Assembly (NCBI GenBank): GCA_035626215.1
Contig: DASPOD010000041.1
Location: 34,043-98,042 of the forward strand
Direction of reading: 5' to 3'
Source: Thermoplasmata archaeon
GTDB taxonomy: Archaea > Thermoplasmatota > Thermoplasmata > Lutacidiplasmatales > UBA184
DNA: 64,000 nucleotides
Shown here: positions 8,884 to 18,982 of the stretch, one piece after another
Layout: the number at the start of each line of letters is the position of its first letter
Position numbering within the stretch: position 1 is the first letter of the stretch
Made by a program: the position numbers and the translations under genes
The notes under the pieces: model-generated
Databases searched by the model: none
What the model was told of the DNA's origin: nothing
Seen by the model: the letters and a program-made list of their open reading frames with translations, nothing else

Positions 8884-10197
8884 GTGACCACCTCGCCGGG
8901 CGTCGCTTCGCTCGTCCCTTTGTTCGGACCGCTCGAGGGGATCCGGGTCCTCGAGTCGGCGCGATTCGTCGCCGGACCCTGGGCGGCGACCTATCTCGGG
9001 GAGTTCGGCGCGCGGGTGATTCACGTCGAGGGTCCACCGTTCGAACCACCGTACGCCGACCCGACGCGTACGCTGCGGCCCGTGCTGGAAGGGAGCGTGC
9101 CGGGGGAGGAAGTCTCCGAGTCTTGGGTCCAATACTCTCGGAACAAGCTTTCCGTCGGCCTCGACATCCGTCGTCCGGAGGGCAGGTCGGTCTTCCTGCG
9201 CCTTGCGGGAGTATCGGACATCTGGATCGAGTCGTCCCGCCCCGGAACCTACGACCGGCTGGGCCTATCGGACGAAGCGATGTGGCGGGCGAACCCTCGC
9301 CTCACGATCGTCCATGTCTCGGGCTATGGCCGGACCGGGCAACCGGACCGGCTTGCCGCGCCCTCCTACGACCTCACGGCCCAGGCCTACAGTGGGTACC
9401 TCTCGCTTCAAGGGAATCCGGACCCGGACCCCCCGATGCGCTCGGGGACGGCGCTCAACGACACGGTCACGGGCCTCGCGGCCGCGACGGCCGGCCTCAT
9501 GGGCTACGTGCACGCGAGCCGGACGGGGCGGGGACAATCGGTCGACGTGGCGCAGTACGAGACCTTCTTCATTCTTCTAGAGAACCTCGCGCTCGATTAC
9601 TTCATGCGAGGAGTGGTGCGCGCGCGGCATGGCTCGGCGCACGCGCGCCTGCATCCGTACGACGTGCATCGCGCCCGCGACGGCTGGGTCGTCGTGGCCG
9701 CGCCAACCCCGGAGGCTTGGGACCGGTTGAAGCAGCTGATCGGATTCTCCGACCCGGCGTTCGACGATCGAGACTACCGGCTCGCGCATCGGGCTCCGGT
9801 CGACCGAGCGGTCGCGGAGTTCTGCCGGACCCGTTCGCGCGAGGAGCTCGAAGAGCTGGGCCGGTCGAACGACGTCGCGATCACACGGGTGTTCGATATC
9901 GCCGACATCGCACGCGACCCGCACTTCCGCGAACGTGAGATGTTCGTAGAGTGGAACGATCCCGTGGCCGGCCGTGTGAAGGGCGCCGGCGTCGCCCCAA
10001 AGTTCTCGGAGACGCCGGGCGGGGTTTGGCGAGGGGCGCCCTGGCTCGGCCAGGACAATCACCGCGTCCTCGGTGAGCTGCTCGGGCTGCCCGATCCCGA
10101 GATTGAGGCCCTCCGGACCTCGGGGGTGGTGGGGGAGCGGCCGCCGAAAGGTCCGCCCAACACCCGGCCCGCGTTCTTTGACCGAGAGGGGCTGTAA
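8884..10197 (+). CDS. CoA-transferase family III (CaiB/BaiF-like)
   Basis: LEGIRVLESARFVAGPWAATYLGEFGARVIHVE at the N-terminus and the GTALNDTVTG region. GTG start at 8884. The upstream part of track ORF 8260.. is antisense to the previous gene. Confidence 0.85.
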   Translation: MTTSPGVASLVPLFGPLEGIRVLESARFVAGPWAATYLGEFGARVIHVEGPPFEPPYADPTRTLRPVLEGSVPGEEVSESWVQYSRNKLSVGLDIRRPEGRSVFLRLAGVSDIWIESSRPGTYDRLGLSDEAMWRANPRLTIVHVSGYGRTGQPDRLAAPSYDLTAQAYSGYLSLQGNPDPDPPMRSGTALNDTVTGLAAATAGLMGYVHASRTGRGQSVDVAQYETFFILLENLALDYFMRGVVRARHGSAHARLHPYDVHRARDGWVVVAAPTPEAWDRLKQLIGFSDPAFDDRDYRLAHRAPVDRAVAEFCRTRSREELEELGRSNDVAITRVFDIADIARDPHFREREMFVEWNDPVAGRVKGAGVAPKFSETPGGVWRGAPWLGQDNHRVLGELLGLPDPEIEALRTSGVVGERPPKGPPNTRPAFFDREGL

Positions 10198-10202
10198 CCC
10201 GC

Positions 10203-11354
10203 ATGCCGGTGCTTCCCCCGCACTCGGAAGACCCGATCGTCCGGGAAGTGACGGAGTTCGCGCTGCGCCACGACCTTTCTCGGCGGTACCGGGAGCTCGA
10301 CCGCCGCCCCACGTTCCCGCGGGAGGAGTACCGCGCGATGGGCGAGGCGGGGTTGCTGGGTCTTAGGACCTCGCCGGCGTTGGGGGGCCGCGGGCTCGCA
10401 CTCCCGGTGGTAGGTCGGGCGCTGTTCCATCTGTCGTATCGCTCGGGCACGGCCTTCGGGAAGCTCAGCCTCCAGCCGGAGTTTTCCTCGGTCCTCGCGG
10501 ATCACGGGTCACCTGAGCTGATTGACGAGTGGTTCCGTCCGATGGTCCGCGGGGAAAAATTGGTGGGCAACCAAGTCACCGAGCCCGGGGCGGGGTCCGA
10601 TGCCCAGGGAATCGCTCTCACCGCGGCTCGGGAGGGTGATGACTACGTGCTGGACGGGGAGAAGAGCGAGATCGCGTTCTGCGTCGATGCGGACGCGGCA
10701 ATCGTCTACGGCCGGGTTCCGGGTTCGGACCCCCGAGGGGGGATTACCGCCTTCCTCATTCCCCAAGACCTCTCGGGCGTCGACCGTCGGCCGTCGTCCG
10801 GCGACCTCGGAGAGCGCTGGCAACGGAGGGGGTCCGTACGATACGAGCACGTGAGAGTTCCGGCGGCGAACCGGATCGGCGAGGAGGGCCGGGGGTTCGA
10901 CTACCTGCGGCACGAGCTGACCCAAGAACGGGCGTTGCTCGCGGCCATCTACCTCGGGACCTCGTTTACGTCTTGGGAGGCGACGGTCGCTTTCGCTCGA
11001 GAGCGTTCCGTGTTCGGAAAGCCGCTCGTGCGTCAGGAGGGCGTCTCCTTCCCGCTGGCCCAGGACCTCGCCCGACTCTCGGCGGACTGGCTGTTCACCG
11101 AAGAGGCTCTCGCGCAGCTCGACCGGGGCCGGGAGGCGGCCGCCGAGGCCGCCCTCGCGAAGTGGTTGGCGGTGGAAGACGGTTTGAAGGCGATCGACCA
11201 CGCGATCCAATTCCACGGGGGACGGGGCTACTCGCAGGACCTCCCGCACGAGCAGCGCTGGCGGGATGTTCGGAGCGGAGCTATTGCGCACGGGCCCGCG
11301 GAGATCATGCTGCTCGTAGCGGCGCACGAGTTGCGAAACCGCCGTAGGGAGTGA
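10203..11354 (+). CDS. acyl-CoA dehydrogenase
   Basis: Typical ACAD layout (VTEPGAGSD, EGRGFDYL, HGGRGYS, EIMLLV). Confidence 0.85.
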   Translation: MPVLPPHSEDPIVREVTEFALRHDLSRRYRELDRRPTFPREEYRAMGEAGLLGLRTSPALGGRGLALPVVGRALFHLSYRSGTAFGKLSLQPEFSSVLADHGSPELIDEWFRPMVRGEKLVGNQVTEPGAGSDAQGIALTAAREGDDYVLDGEKSEIAFCVDADAAIVYGRVPGSDPRGGITAFLIPQDLSGVDRRPSSGDLGERWQRRGSVRYEHVRVPAANRIGEEGRGFDYLRHELTQERALLAAIYLGTSFTSWEATVAFARERSVFGKPLVRQEGVSFPLAQDLARLSADWLFTEEALAQLDRGREAAAEAALAKWLAVEDGLKAIDHAIQFHGGRGYSQDLPHEQRWRDVRSGAIAHGPAEIMLLVAAHELRNRRRE

Positions 11355-11413
11355 CCCGGGAGCTCCGGGGACCTAGGATTCCGGACCGACCGGACCCCTC
11401 GTGCGAACGCACT

Positions 11414-11425
11414 TCATATAATACC
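11414..11425 (+). promoter_or_regulatory. TATA-like box (tcatataatacc) about 25 nt upstream of GTG 11445
   Basis: An A/T-rich box in an otherwise GC-rich spacer. The spacing suggests a leaderless or short-leader archaeal transcript. Confidence 0.45.
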
Positions 11426-11444
11426 AGCGCTAACTTACGACCCC

Positions 11445-12713
11445 GTGTCGGAGCCTCGCTACTCCCCTTCCCTTCTTCGAACCCTCCTCCTGACCGAGGT
11501 CCGGGGATATCTTCGCCGGTCGCACGCGCGGGGACTCGCAGCCTTCGTCGCGGTCGCCTACGCCCTGGGCTCGATGCTGCTCGGAGGCATGCTCGTGCTC
11601 GCGCGCTACCCCGGGGGGTACACGGTCCTCTTCCTCTGGGGAAACGCGCTCGGTCTGCAGCCATGGAACTATCCGGGCCTGCTGATCGAGGCGCCGTGGG
11701 GGTTCGTGGTGCTTCCGGCCTTCGCGACGGCTTCGATGATCGCGGTCTCGGTGGGGGTCGGACTCGGCATGACCGTCGCGGTCCTGCTGAGCATCCGCCT
11801 CCTTCGGGGTCGGCGCGCGGGGGCCGGGCGTACGACCGCTTCCGGCGCCATTGCGGGTCTCACCCCGGCGATGATCGCCCTCGTTACCCTTGGTGCTTGT
11901 TGCTCGACGACCGCCGCCGCGACCGCAGGGGTCGGCCTCGTGGCCCAAGCGAGTGGGTCGTCGACCACGAACCTCTTGCTCAACAACTGGTACCTCGGGC
12001 TGTTCCAGGTGGTCGTCGTCTACGTCGCGCTCATCGCCCAGGAACTCCTCCTCTCGGTGTACGGCACTCTCTTCGCCGCCGGTGACCCGGGCTTCGCGCA
12101 CTCTGCCGATTCGCCGTCGCCGGCCCCCTTGGACCGACGGGTTGTCGCCACGGCCGCCCTGCGCGTCGCGCTCATCGCCGCGGGCGTGACCTGGGTCCTC
12201 ACGGTGTTCGCGGACTGGACGACCGTCGGCCCCGGTGCCGCCGGGGCCGGCCTATGGTTCAATTGGCTGGTGGAACACTGGCTCGTGGGGGGCTTCGTGG
12301 TGTACGTCGGCCTGGCCCCCGCAAATGCCCGCCGCTGGTTTGCCTCGGCGGCAGGGACACTCGGAGACCGAGCGGTACGCGCCGCGTTGCTGGTCGGAGC
12401 TTGGACCCTCGGAGCGTGGGTCCCGCCGCCGTTCGCCGGTGCGGGTATCGAGGGATTCGGAAACGAGCTGATGGGCCTTTTCGGATGTCCGGGGTCGTGG
12501 GGAGCAGTGGCGCCGGTATTCGGTCCGGGCTGGTCGCTCGGATTCCAGTGGGCCTTCCAGTATCTGTTGCTCGCGGGGTTTGCCGGCCTTGTAGCCGCGC
12601 GTCCTCAGCCGATGCTGGATTGGTTGGCGGGAACCGCCGAGGTAGCCTCGGGGAATCGACCGGTCGCGGATCTCGCCGCGCCCCCGGGCTCTCCGGTCGG
12701 TGCAGGGCGATGA
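11445..12713 (+). CDS. polytopic membrane protein with vicinal Cys-Cys in a hydrophobic segment
   Basis: About 10 hydrophobic segments, with LVTLGACCSTTAAATAG inside a predicted TM. G/C-rich third codon positions. I recognise no family. Confidence 0.6.
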   Translation: MSEPRYSPSLLRTLLLTEVRGYLRRSHARGLAAFVAVAYALGSMLLGGMLVLARYPGGYTVLFLWGNALGLQPWNYPGLLIEAPWGFVVLPAFATASMIAVSVGVGLGMTVAVLLSIRLLRGRRAGAGRTTASGAIAGLTPAMIALVTLGACCSTTAAATAGVGLVAQASGSSTTNLLLNNWYLGLFQVVVVYVALIAQELLLSVYGTLFAAGDPGFAHSADSPSPAPLDRRVVATAALRVALIAAGVTWVLTVFADWTTVGPGAAGAGLWFNWLVEHWLVGGFVVYVGLAPANARRWFASAAGTLGDRAVRAALLVGAWTLGAWVPPPFAGAGIEGFGNELMGLFGCPGSWGAVAPVFGPGWSLGFQWAFQYLLLAGFAGLVAARPQPMLDWLAGTAEVASGNRPVADLAAPPGSPVGAGR

Positions 12714-14862
12714 CGAAAACAAATTCGGTTCCCCAAGGAACGCGACCGTGATAGAGCCGCTCGTCGTCCTCGCCCCCCTCTCCGCCGGCATGGCGGTTTC
12801 GGTCGCGTATCTCGTCAAATGGTCGAGTGAAGCGCGTTCTCCGCTGCGGGTCGGCACGGTGGTGTTTCTCTTCTTGATGATGGTCGCCATGCTGGCGGGA
12901 GGAGTCGTCTACTTCGCCCATCCATCGGCGACGTCGCTCGTCGAGGCCGTCTGGGCGGCTAGCGCTTGGATGTCCATCAGCGTGGTCGTGGTCTTCGTAT
13001 CGTTCGTGCGAGAAGTCCGGCTGCGGGCCGACGGCGCGGTCGCCTCCGGCTTCTTTGCCGGCGCGGGAGGGGGCTTCCTCGGCCTCGTCATCGCCCTCGT
13101 CCTCGCGAACGAACTCCTGATGGGATGGACCTTCCAGGCCGCGTACGGACTGACACCGACCCTGGCCGGCGCGCCGCTCGTCGCGCTCGTCCAGTTGCTG
13201 GTGGCCTCGGTGAATTCGCCGTGGTTCCTGTTCACGATGGCGGCCGAGATGCTACTGACGTCGTTCTTCCTGCGGGCTCGCCTCCCGCGACCCGCGCTGG
13301 TGGTGCTCACCGCTCAATCGGTGATCATGCTGTGTTCGCCACCGGCCCTCGGGCTCGCAAGCTGGTCACTCATCGCGGTCTGCAGCTCGAGCGTCGCCAT
13401 GATTGTTCTGTTCGTTTACCTGATGGAGCACCTCTACCGTCACCCGCAGCTCACCACCGGCTTCTCGACCTACTTGATCGAACTGCTCGCCATCTACGGA
13501 CTCATGATGGCGGGCTTGTTCTTCTGGCTCTACTACGGTAATGGGACCGCGTTCGCGGTCTCGATCGTCCTCGAAATGATCGTGTTCTTCGCGGCGGTCG
13601 TACGGCCGGAACGACTCTCGGACCGCCTAGACAAGCCCTGGCAGTTGCGGCCGAACTGGGCGTTCGCGGTCCTCGCCTTCGTCTTCGTCGCCGAAATCTT
13701 CATGGGAGCGGTCCTCGACGTACAGATCGAACCGTCGAGCTATCTCGGTGCTTTTCCGGCGCTCGCCCTGAGCGGCAGCGCCTCGACGATTCTCCTGAAC
13801 GCCCTATCGAACGGGTTCTGGTTCCTCGCGACGGTCACGGCGTCCACGTGGTTCCTTGCGATGATGGGCGCCGAGATGGGCATGCTGGTCGTGTTCAAGT
13901 ACCGTGAGACGCGCCATGTCGAAAACCGTATCCGGCTTATCCTGATGATGGGTTGCTACTCGGCTTTCGCGGTGTTCTATCCCAGCATCTACTTCAGCCT
14001 CTACTTCCCGAACGCGCCGAACCCGAGTCGGGTCCCCGTCCTCGGCTGGAGCATGGGCATCGGGTCGTACCCGCTCGCGATCGGCATCTTTACGACGGTG
14101 CTGCTCACTTACCTCGTCACCGGCGCTCTGGTCGTCCTGTTCGGCCGCCGGGTGATCTGTTCGGTCTTCTGTACCGCCCCCCTCATGTACCAGGGCACCA
14201 CGATCGACGCGATGAAGTCGTTCAACCGATCGGGTCGAGTCGGCCGGAAGTACCTCTCGAGCCGTCTCTCTTCGGTCTATGCCGCCACGACTGGCGTTGT
14301 GATGAGCTCGCTCGTGGTCACCTCGGTGCTGTCGTATCTCGACACAATCGGCGCGGCCAACATCTTCATCGATGGGACCGACCCGACCGTGTTCTTCTTC
14401 ACCTTCTACTTCGCCATCCTGTGGTATCTGATGTTCGTGACGATTCCCTACATGGGCAACTACAACTGCGTCACGATGGGTTGGTGTTACACCGGAACCT
14501 TCGCCCAAGCGTTCCAGAAGATTGGGTTCTTCAAGCTCAAAGTCCGCAGTAAGCAAGTCTGCCGCGACTGTACCACGCTCGATTGCGCGAAAGGCTGCCC
14601 GGTGGCGCTGGTGGATATGCCGGGCCACTTCCGCACGAAGGGTGAGTTCCGCAGCTCGAAGTGTTGCGGCGTCGGCGATTGCGTCGAGGCGTGCCCGTAC
14701 GACAACCTCTACATCTCCGACGTTCGGCATTGGATCCGAGAGCGCCTCGGAATTCCTCAGCGCCCTCCCCGAACCGTGCGGCTGCCGATGGTGCGGACCT
14801 CTCCGACCTCGACGTCCTCCGGTCCCCGACCGTTGGCCGCTCCCACAAGCACGGAGTCGTAG
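12700..14862 (+). CDS. large polytopic membrane protein with C-terminal NapH/CcoG-like Cys motifs and 4Fe-4S ferredoxin-type motifs
   Basis: ICSVFCTAP and GWCYTG loop motifs, then CRDCTTLDCAKGCP and CCGVGDCVEACP near the C-terminus. Overlaps the upstream gene by 14 nt. An alternative GTG start lies at 12748. Confidence 0.65.
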   Translation: MQGDDENKFGSPRNATVIEPLVVLAPLSAGMAVSVAYLVKWSSEARSPLRVGTVVFLFLMMVAMLAGGVVYFAHPSATSLVEAVWAASAWMSISVVVVFVSFVREVRLRADGAVASGFFAGAGGGFLGLVIALVLANELLMGWTFQAAYGLTPTLAGAPLVALVQLLVASVNSPWFLFTMAAEMLLTSFFLRARLPRPALVVLTAQSVIMLCSPPALGLASWSLIAVCSSSVAMIVLFVYLMEHLYRHPQLTTGFSTYLIELLAIYGLMMAGLFFWLYYGNGTAFAVSIVLEMIVFFAAVVRPERLSDRLDKPWQLRPNWAFAVLAFVFVAEIFMGAVLDVQIEPSSYLGAFPALALSGSASTILLNALSNGFWFLATVTASTWFLAMMGAEMGMLVVFKYRETRHVENRIRLILMMGCYSAFAVFYPSIYFSLYFPNAPNPSRVPVLGWSMGIGSYPLAIGIFTTVLLTYLVTGALVVLFGRRVICSVFCTAPLMYQGTTIDAMKSFNRSGRVGRKYLSSRLSSVYAATTGVVMSSLVVTSVLSYLDTIGAANIFIDGTDPTVFFFTFYFAILWYLMFVTIPYMGNYNCVTMGWCYTGTFAQAFQKIGFFKLKVRSKQVCRDCTTLDCAKGCPVALVDMPGHFRTKGEFRSSKCCGVGDCVEACPYDNLYISDVRHWIRERLGIPQRPPRTVRLPMVRTSPTSTSSGPRPLAAPTSTES

Positions 14863-14886
14863 CGCCGACTCAGGGGCGAGCTCCGT

Positions 14887-16182
14887 TCATCCTCCGGCAC
14901 CGTCGGCCGGAGCGAATATCACGCCCTCGGCGACCTTCGGAAGGAACATCGTGGACTTGGGCGCCATCAGCTGTCCGCAGCCGAACGCCCGTTCCTCTAC
15001 GCCGCGTTCGGTGATCCCCGGCAGGAGAAATGCCGTCCCGGCCGGTGTTGAAACAGTCGCCGCCGCCTCTTGCAGTGCGATTCGAGGTGAACGCACGAAC
15101 ACGAGCGAATGGGGGTCGAGCCCCAGTGCGCCCTCGAGGAACGTATGCAGTAGGTCGAAGTCGGCCCCTACATCATCGCTGGTCGGGCCCGGGACTTCGA
15201 TCGTGGCGTCGGGAGTCGCCACGAGAAAGCCCCGACGTCGGGACGTGCCCATCTCGTTGAGGTGGTCGATGACACGCTCGACGGCGATCCCCGTACCCAG
15301 TCGACGGTAGTTGGGGAAGGTCCGCTCCATCATCCCGACCACGCTGTGGGGGGCCACGACGTCTCCGTCCAGCACCCGATGCCAGGGCAACAGCTGGAGA
15401 GCCCGGTCGCCTCCCTCGACGAGCATTACGAGCGGCCTGGTACGACGACCGGCCTGGTGCCGTTGCATCGCCGCCGTAAAGCGGTGGTGGCCGTCGAGGA
15501 CCAGGAGGCGGGTCCCTTCGAGCTCGCGCTGTATCGACCGGACCGCTCCCGGCTCGTCGAGCTTCCAGAGGAGGTGGCTCGTCCCGTTGAGCTCCGCCGT
15601 CACGACCGGAGGAACCGAGCTATCGAACGCCAGCAACCTCCGGTCGAGTCCCAACAGCTCCTCGAGTCGGTCGTTGAGTCGGTGCTCCGGGAGATTGTAT
15701 CCCATCATGATCGGAGCGAAATTCATCCCGGTGGCATCCGCGAGGGCGACCCGCTCCTCGATTCGGTCCGAGAACGTCCGCTCGTGGAGGGCCACTTCGC
15801 GGGGAGTCGTGCCGTCGAGGTCCAGGACGCCTACGAGTCCGAGCAGCAAGTACTCGTTCCGTCGCTTCGCCGGCTCAATCGCCTCCGCGACATCCGGGGG
15901 AGGGTGGTAGCGGATCCCGTAGACGTAGAGGGCGGGGGTCGGGTCTTGGGTGAAGGCGCGAGCAAGAAGCGCTTCCCGAAGGTTGTCGGCGGACCTGTGG
16001 AGGAACTGCGAGAGCTCCATCCCATGGGGTCGCGGTACGAACCTCGCGGCATTGAACGGCCGGTGCGAGAAGCGGGTCTCCTCTTCCTCGGAGATGGTGT
16101 CGTAGACCGGGCAGAGAACCGAGCTCGGGTCAACGCTTCCCGGGTTGGCGTGCCAAGCACGAACAGGGTGTACAAGGACCAC
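14887..16182 (-). CDS. DUF1015 family protein
   Basis: PALYVYGIRY, LHERTFSDRIEER and LVLDGHHRFTAA motifs are characteristic of DUF1015. Confidence 0.75.
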   Translation of the reverse strand: MVLVHPVRAWHANPGSVDPSSVLCPVYDTISEEEETRFSHRPFNAARFVPRPHGMELSQFLHRSADNLREALLARAFTQDPTPALYVYGIRYHPPPDVAEAIEPAKRRNEYLLLGLVGVLDLDGTTPREVALHERTFSDRIEERVALADATGMNFAPIMMGYNLPEHRLNDRLEELLGLDRRLLAFDSSVPPVVTAELNGTSHLLWKLDEPGAVRSIQRELEGTRLLVLDGHHRFTAAMQRHQAGRRTRPLVMLVEGGDRALQLLPWHRVLDGDVVAPHSVVGMMERTFPNYRRLGTGIAVERVIDHLNEMGTSRRRGFLVATPDATIEVPGPTSDDVGADFDLLHTFLEGALGLDPHSLVFVRSPRIALQEAAATVSTPAGTAFLLPGITERGVEERAFGCGQLMAPKSTMFLPKVAEGVIFAPADGAGG

Positions 16183-16392
16183 GGTTGCACTCGAGCCGCC
16201 GTCCGCGAGCCGGGGACGGATATAAGCGGAGTCCGGCCGGCCTCCGGGAGAGCTCCCCGGTCGGCGGACGTTAAACTGACGGCAATGGGCTCTCCCGCCC
16301 TGGTGGGTTGAGGAGCAGGGTCGTTAGGCAACCGGGGTACACCCCCCGGAATCCCGGAAACTCATATCCGAGGATATTGTTCGGCATTCCCC

Positions 16393-18810
16393 GTGCACGT
16401 TCTCGGGATTGATTGGTCGCTCGCGGTCCACTATCGGGAGAAGTCCTTCGCCGGGAAGGTCACGATCCAGTTCGAGAACGCCTCCGAATCACTGACCATC
16501 GACGCCGCTCGTCTCGAGATCGTGTCGGCAACCCTCGATGGCGGGCCGGTCGCGTGGCGTAAGGATGCCGCCCGGGGTGAGCTCATCTTTGAGGGGGTTT
16601 CGTCCGATTCCCACCGACTCGAGATCGCCTACCGGGGCAAGGTTGACCCTGAGGGGCTCGTGGGATTTTATGCGGCGCCGGCCGGCCCGCAGTACGTGCT
16701 CACGACGATGTTCTTTCCGACGGGGAGCCGATGCTTGCTCCCGGCCTTCGAAGACCCAGCGGTGAAAACGGTGTACCGGCTGGTCCTCTCGATCGACCCT
16801 GACGTTACCGCCGTGTTCAACACGGCGCCCGTTTCCGAGCACCTCGAGGGCGGCCGACGCGTGATCACGTATGGCCCGACCCCTCCGATGTCCGCCTACC
16901 TTCTCTATCTCGGCGTCGGACCGTTCGACACGCTGACGATTCCGGGGCATCCCTGGTCGGTGACCGTCGCGACGTCCCCGGGTCGGGCCTCCGCCGGGCG
17001 CTTCGCCGCGGAACGGGCGTCCGAACTGCTCGCGGCGTACGAGGAGTATTACGGGCTCCCCTATCCCCTGCCGAAGCTCGACCTGGTCGCTCTTGAGAAT
17101 TTCGGGGCGGGAGCGATGGAGAACTGGGGCGCGATTGCGTTTCGTGAGAGCTTGCTGCTGGTCGACCCCACGACGACCGTCCGTGAGCGGCGCATCACCC
17201 TCGATGTCCTCGCCCACGAGATCGCCCATCAGTGGTTTGGCAACCTGGTCACTCCCGCCGCGTGGGATGATTTCTGGCTCAACGAAAGTTTCGCAACGTT
17301 CGTGGGCCATCAGGTCGTAGCCCGGAAATTTCCCTCGGACCGGCCGTGGAACTACTACATGCTCCGTTTCTACAACCCCGCGCTCGAGGAGGACGCCTGT
17401 GCCGTGACACGGCCGGTGAAGACTCGAGTCGCGTCCCCGGAACAGTTGAACGAGATCGTCGACGACATCACCTACGGGAAGGGCGCCGCCGTCATCCGCA
17501 TGATCGAATCGTACCTCGGGGAGGCGGTATTCCGTCAAGGACTCGCTCGATACCTCGGCCGCCATCGCTACGCGAACGCTCGGGCCGAGGACCTTTGGGG
17601 TTCGCTCGACGAAGCGTCGGACCGGCCGGTGAGCCGGATCATGGCCTCGTGGATCACCCGTCCGGGATACCCGGTGCTGCACGCGGCCTGGTCGAACGGC
17701 ACTCTCACGCTGCGGCAGGAAAGGTTCTGGTCGAGCGGAGAACGTTCTTCGGAAACTTGGCCGATCCCCCTTCGGATCCGGACCGCCGAAAGCGACGTCC
17801 GGCGATTGTTCGAAGCCCCCTCGGCGGAAATCGCCCTGCCGTCCTCCCGCGGGCTGCGGATCAACCCCGACCGCACCACCTTTCTCCGGGTCTCGTACGA
17901 CGACCGACTGTTCGACGAGCGGCTCGAAGAGTTCGCTTCTTTGTCGCCGATCGACCAGGGCTCGCTCGCGATCGACACGGTCGCTTTCGTCTATGCGCAG
18001 CAGCACTCGCTCGACCGGTTCCTTCGGCTGGTCCGGGTGGCCGAGACGACTTCCGACGAGCTAACGGTCCTGAGCATCGTGGAGGCGCTCAACGACCTAC
18101 GGGTCCCCTTGCACGACGTCCCCGATTTCTCCGAGGTCGACCGGCGGTTCCTGCGCGCCCAGCTCGCCCGGGTCGGCGTCGACCGTGCGCCGGGGGAGGA
18201 CGAGCCCCACTCGCTGGTGCGAGAGGTCGTCGCGGACGCGCTCGTCCGGGCCGATCCCTCGTTCGCCCAGGAACTGGCCGACCGGTTCTTCGACATCGAC
18301 CGGGGGGTCCCTGAGGTCCGAGCCGCGATCGCGCTCGGATTCGCCGCCGCCAAGGGGGCTGAGGCGTTTGAACCGCTCGTGGAGCGGTTGCGCTCGAGCG
18401 CCTCGGACAATGATCGGATGCTGATCCTCCGAGCTCTTTCCGGATTCCGTCAGCCCGAGCTCTTGCGCCGGGCGTTGGACCTCATTCCGAGCCCGGGTGT
18501 GACGACGGCCGGTTCGCTCGACCTGTTCGTGGGGATGAGGTTCAACCCCCACGGCGGAGCGCCGTTCTTCGACTGGTATCGGGAGCGTACGGCCGATATC
18601 GCGAAGTGGTGGGCGGGGACGCCGCTGTTGGGCGTGATGTTCATGTTCTTGCTGCCGACTGTTACGAGCGACTTAGGTCCGAGCGTGGAGCAGTATTTTC
18701 AGGACCACCCGCCACCGCCTGGGACGCACGCTGGTCTGGCCCGCGGAATCGAGAAGATGCGGCTGAGGGCTCGGCTACGACGCGAAGTGTTGGGGACCGC
18801 CCCGCGATAA
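16393..18810 (+). CDS. M1 family zinc aminopeptidase (tricorn-interacting factor F2/F3-like)
   Basis: GAMENWG exopeptidase motif and HEIAHQWFGNLV...(18 aa)...E zinc site. 805 aa. Confidence 0.9.
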   Translation: MHVLGIDWSLAVHYREKSFAGKVTIQFENASESLTIDAARLEIVSATLDGGPVAWRKDAARGELIFEGVSSDSHRLEIAYRGKVDPEGLVGFYAAPAGPQYVLTTMFFPTGSRCLLPAFEDPAVKTVYRLVLSIDPDVTAVFNTAPVSEHLEGGRRVITYGPTPPMSAYLLYLGVGPFDTLTIPGHPWSVTVATSPGRASAGRFAAERASELLAAYEEYYGLPYPLPKLDLVALENFGAGAMENWGAIAFRESLLLVDPTTTVRERRITLDVLAHEIAHQWFGNLVTPAAWDDFWLNESFATFVGHQVVARKFPSDRPWNYYMLRFYNPALEEDACAVTRPVKTRVASPEQLNEIVDDITYGKGAAVIRMIESYLGEAVFRQGLARYLGRHRYANARAEDLWGSLDEASDRPVSRIMASWITRPGYPVLHAAWSNGTLTLRQERFWSSGERSSETWPIPLRIRTAESDVRRLFEAPSAEIALPSSRGLRINPDRTTFLRVSYDDRLFDERLEEFASLSPIDQGSLAIDTVAFVYAQQHSLDRFLRLVRVAETTSDELTVLSIVEALNDLRVPLHDVPDFSEVDRRFLRAQLARVGVDRAPGEDEPHSLVREVVADALVRADPSFAQELADRFFDIDRGVPEVRAAIALGFAAAKGAEAFEPLVERLRSSASDNDRMLILRALSGFRQPELLRRALDLIPSPGVTTAGSLDLFVGMRFNPHGGAPFFDWYRERTADIAKWWAGTPLLGVMFMFLLPTVTSDLGPSVEQYFQDHPPPPGTHAGLARGIEKMRLRARLRREVLGTAPR

Positions 18811-18982
18811 CCCGGGTTCGAACCCGACCTTGCGCGATGTACGGGCGTCGTCCACGAACCTCCCTCGGTCGCCGTGCCGAACGGTCAGCGAGTGGCGGCA
18901 TCGCCAATTCGAGGCAACCCCCAATTCGTGAACGGGCGGCGTCGCTGGCGTCGTTTAAACACTAGAGGTGGTACATCCTGTG

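Noticed and set aside
16489-18006. 505-aa minus-strand ORF
   Set aside because: It is fully antisense to the M1 aminopeptidase, which has unambiguous motifs. Its composition is shadow-ORF-like.
18811-18830. cgggttcgaacccg, a T-arm-like sequence right after the aminopeptidase stop
   Set aside because: It is a perfect 14-nt palindrome, but no acceptor, D or anticodon arms can be built around it. More likely a terminator-type hairpin than a tRNA or tRNA fragment.
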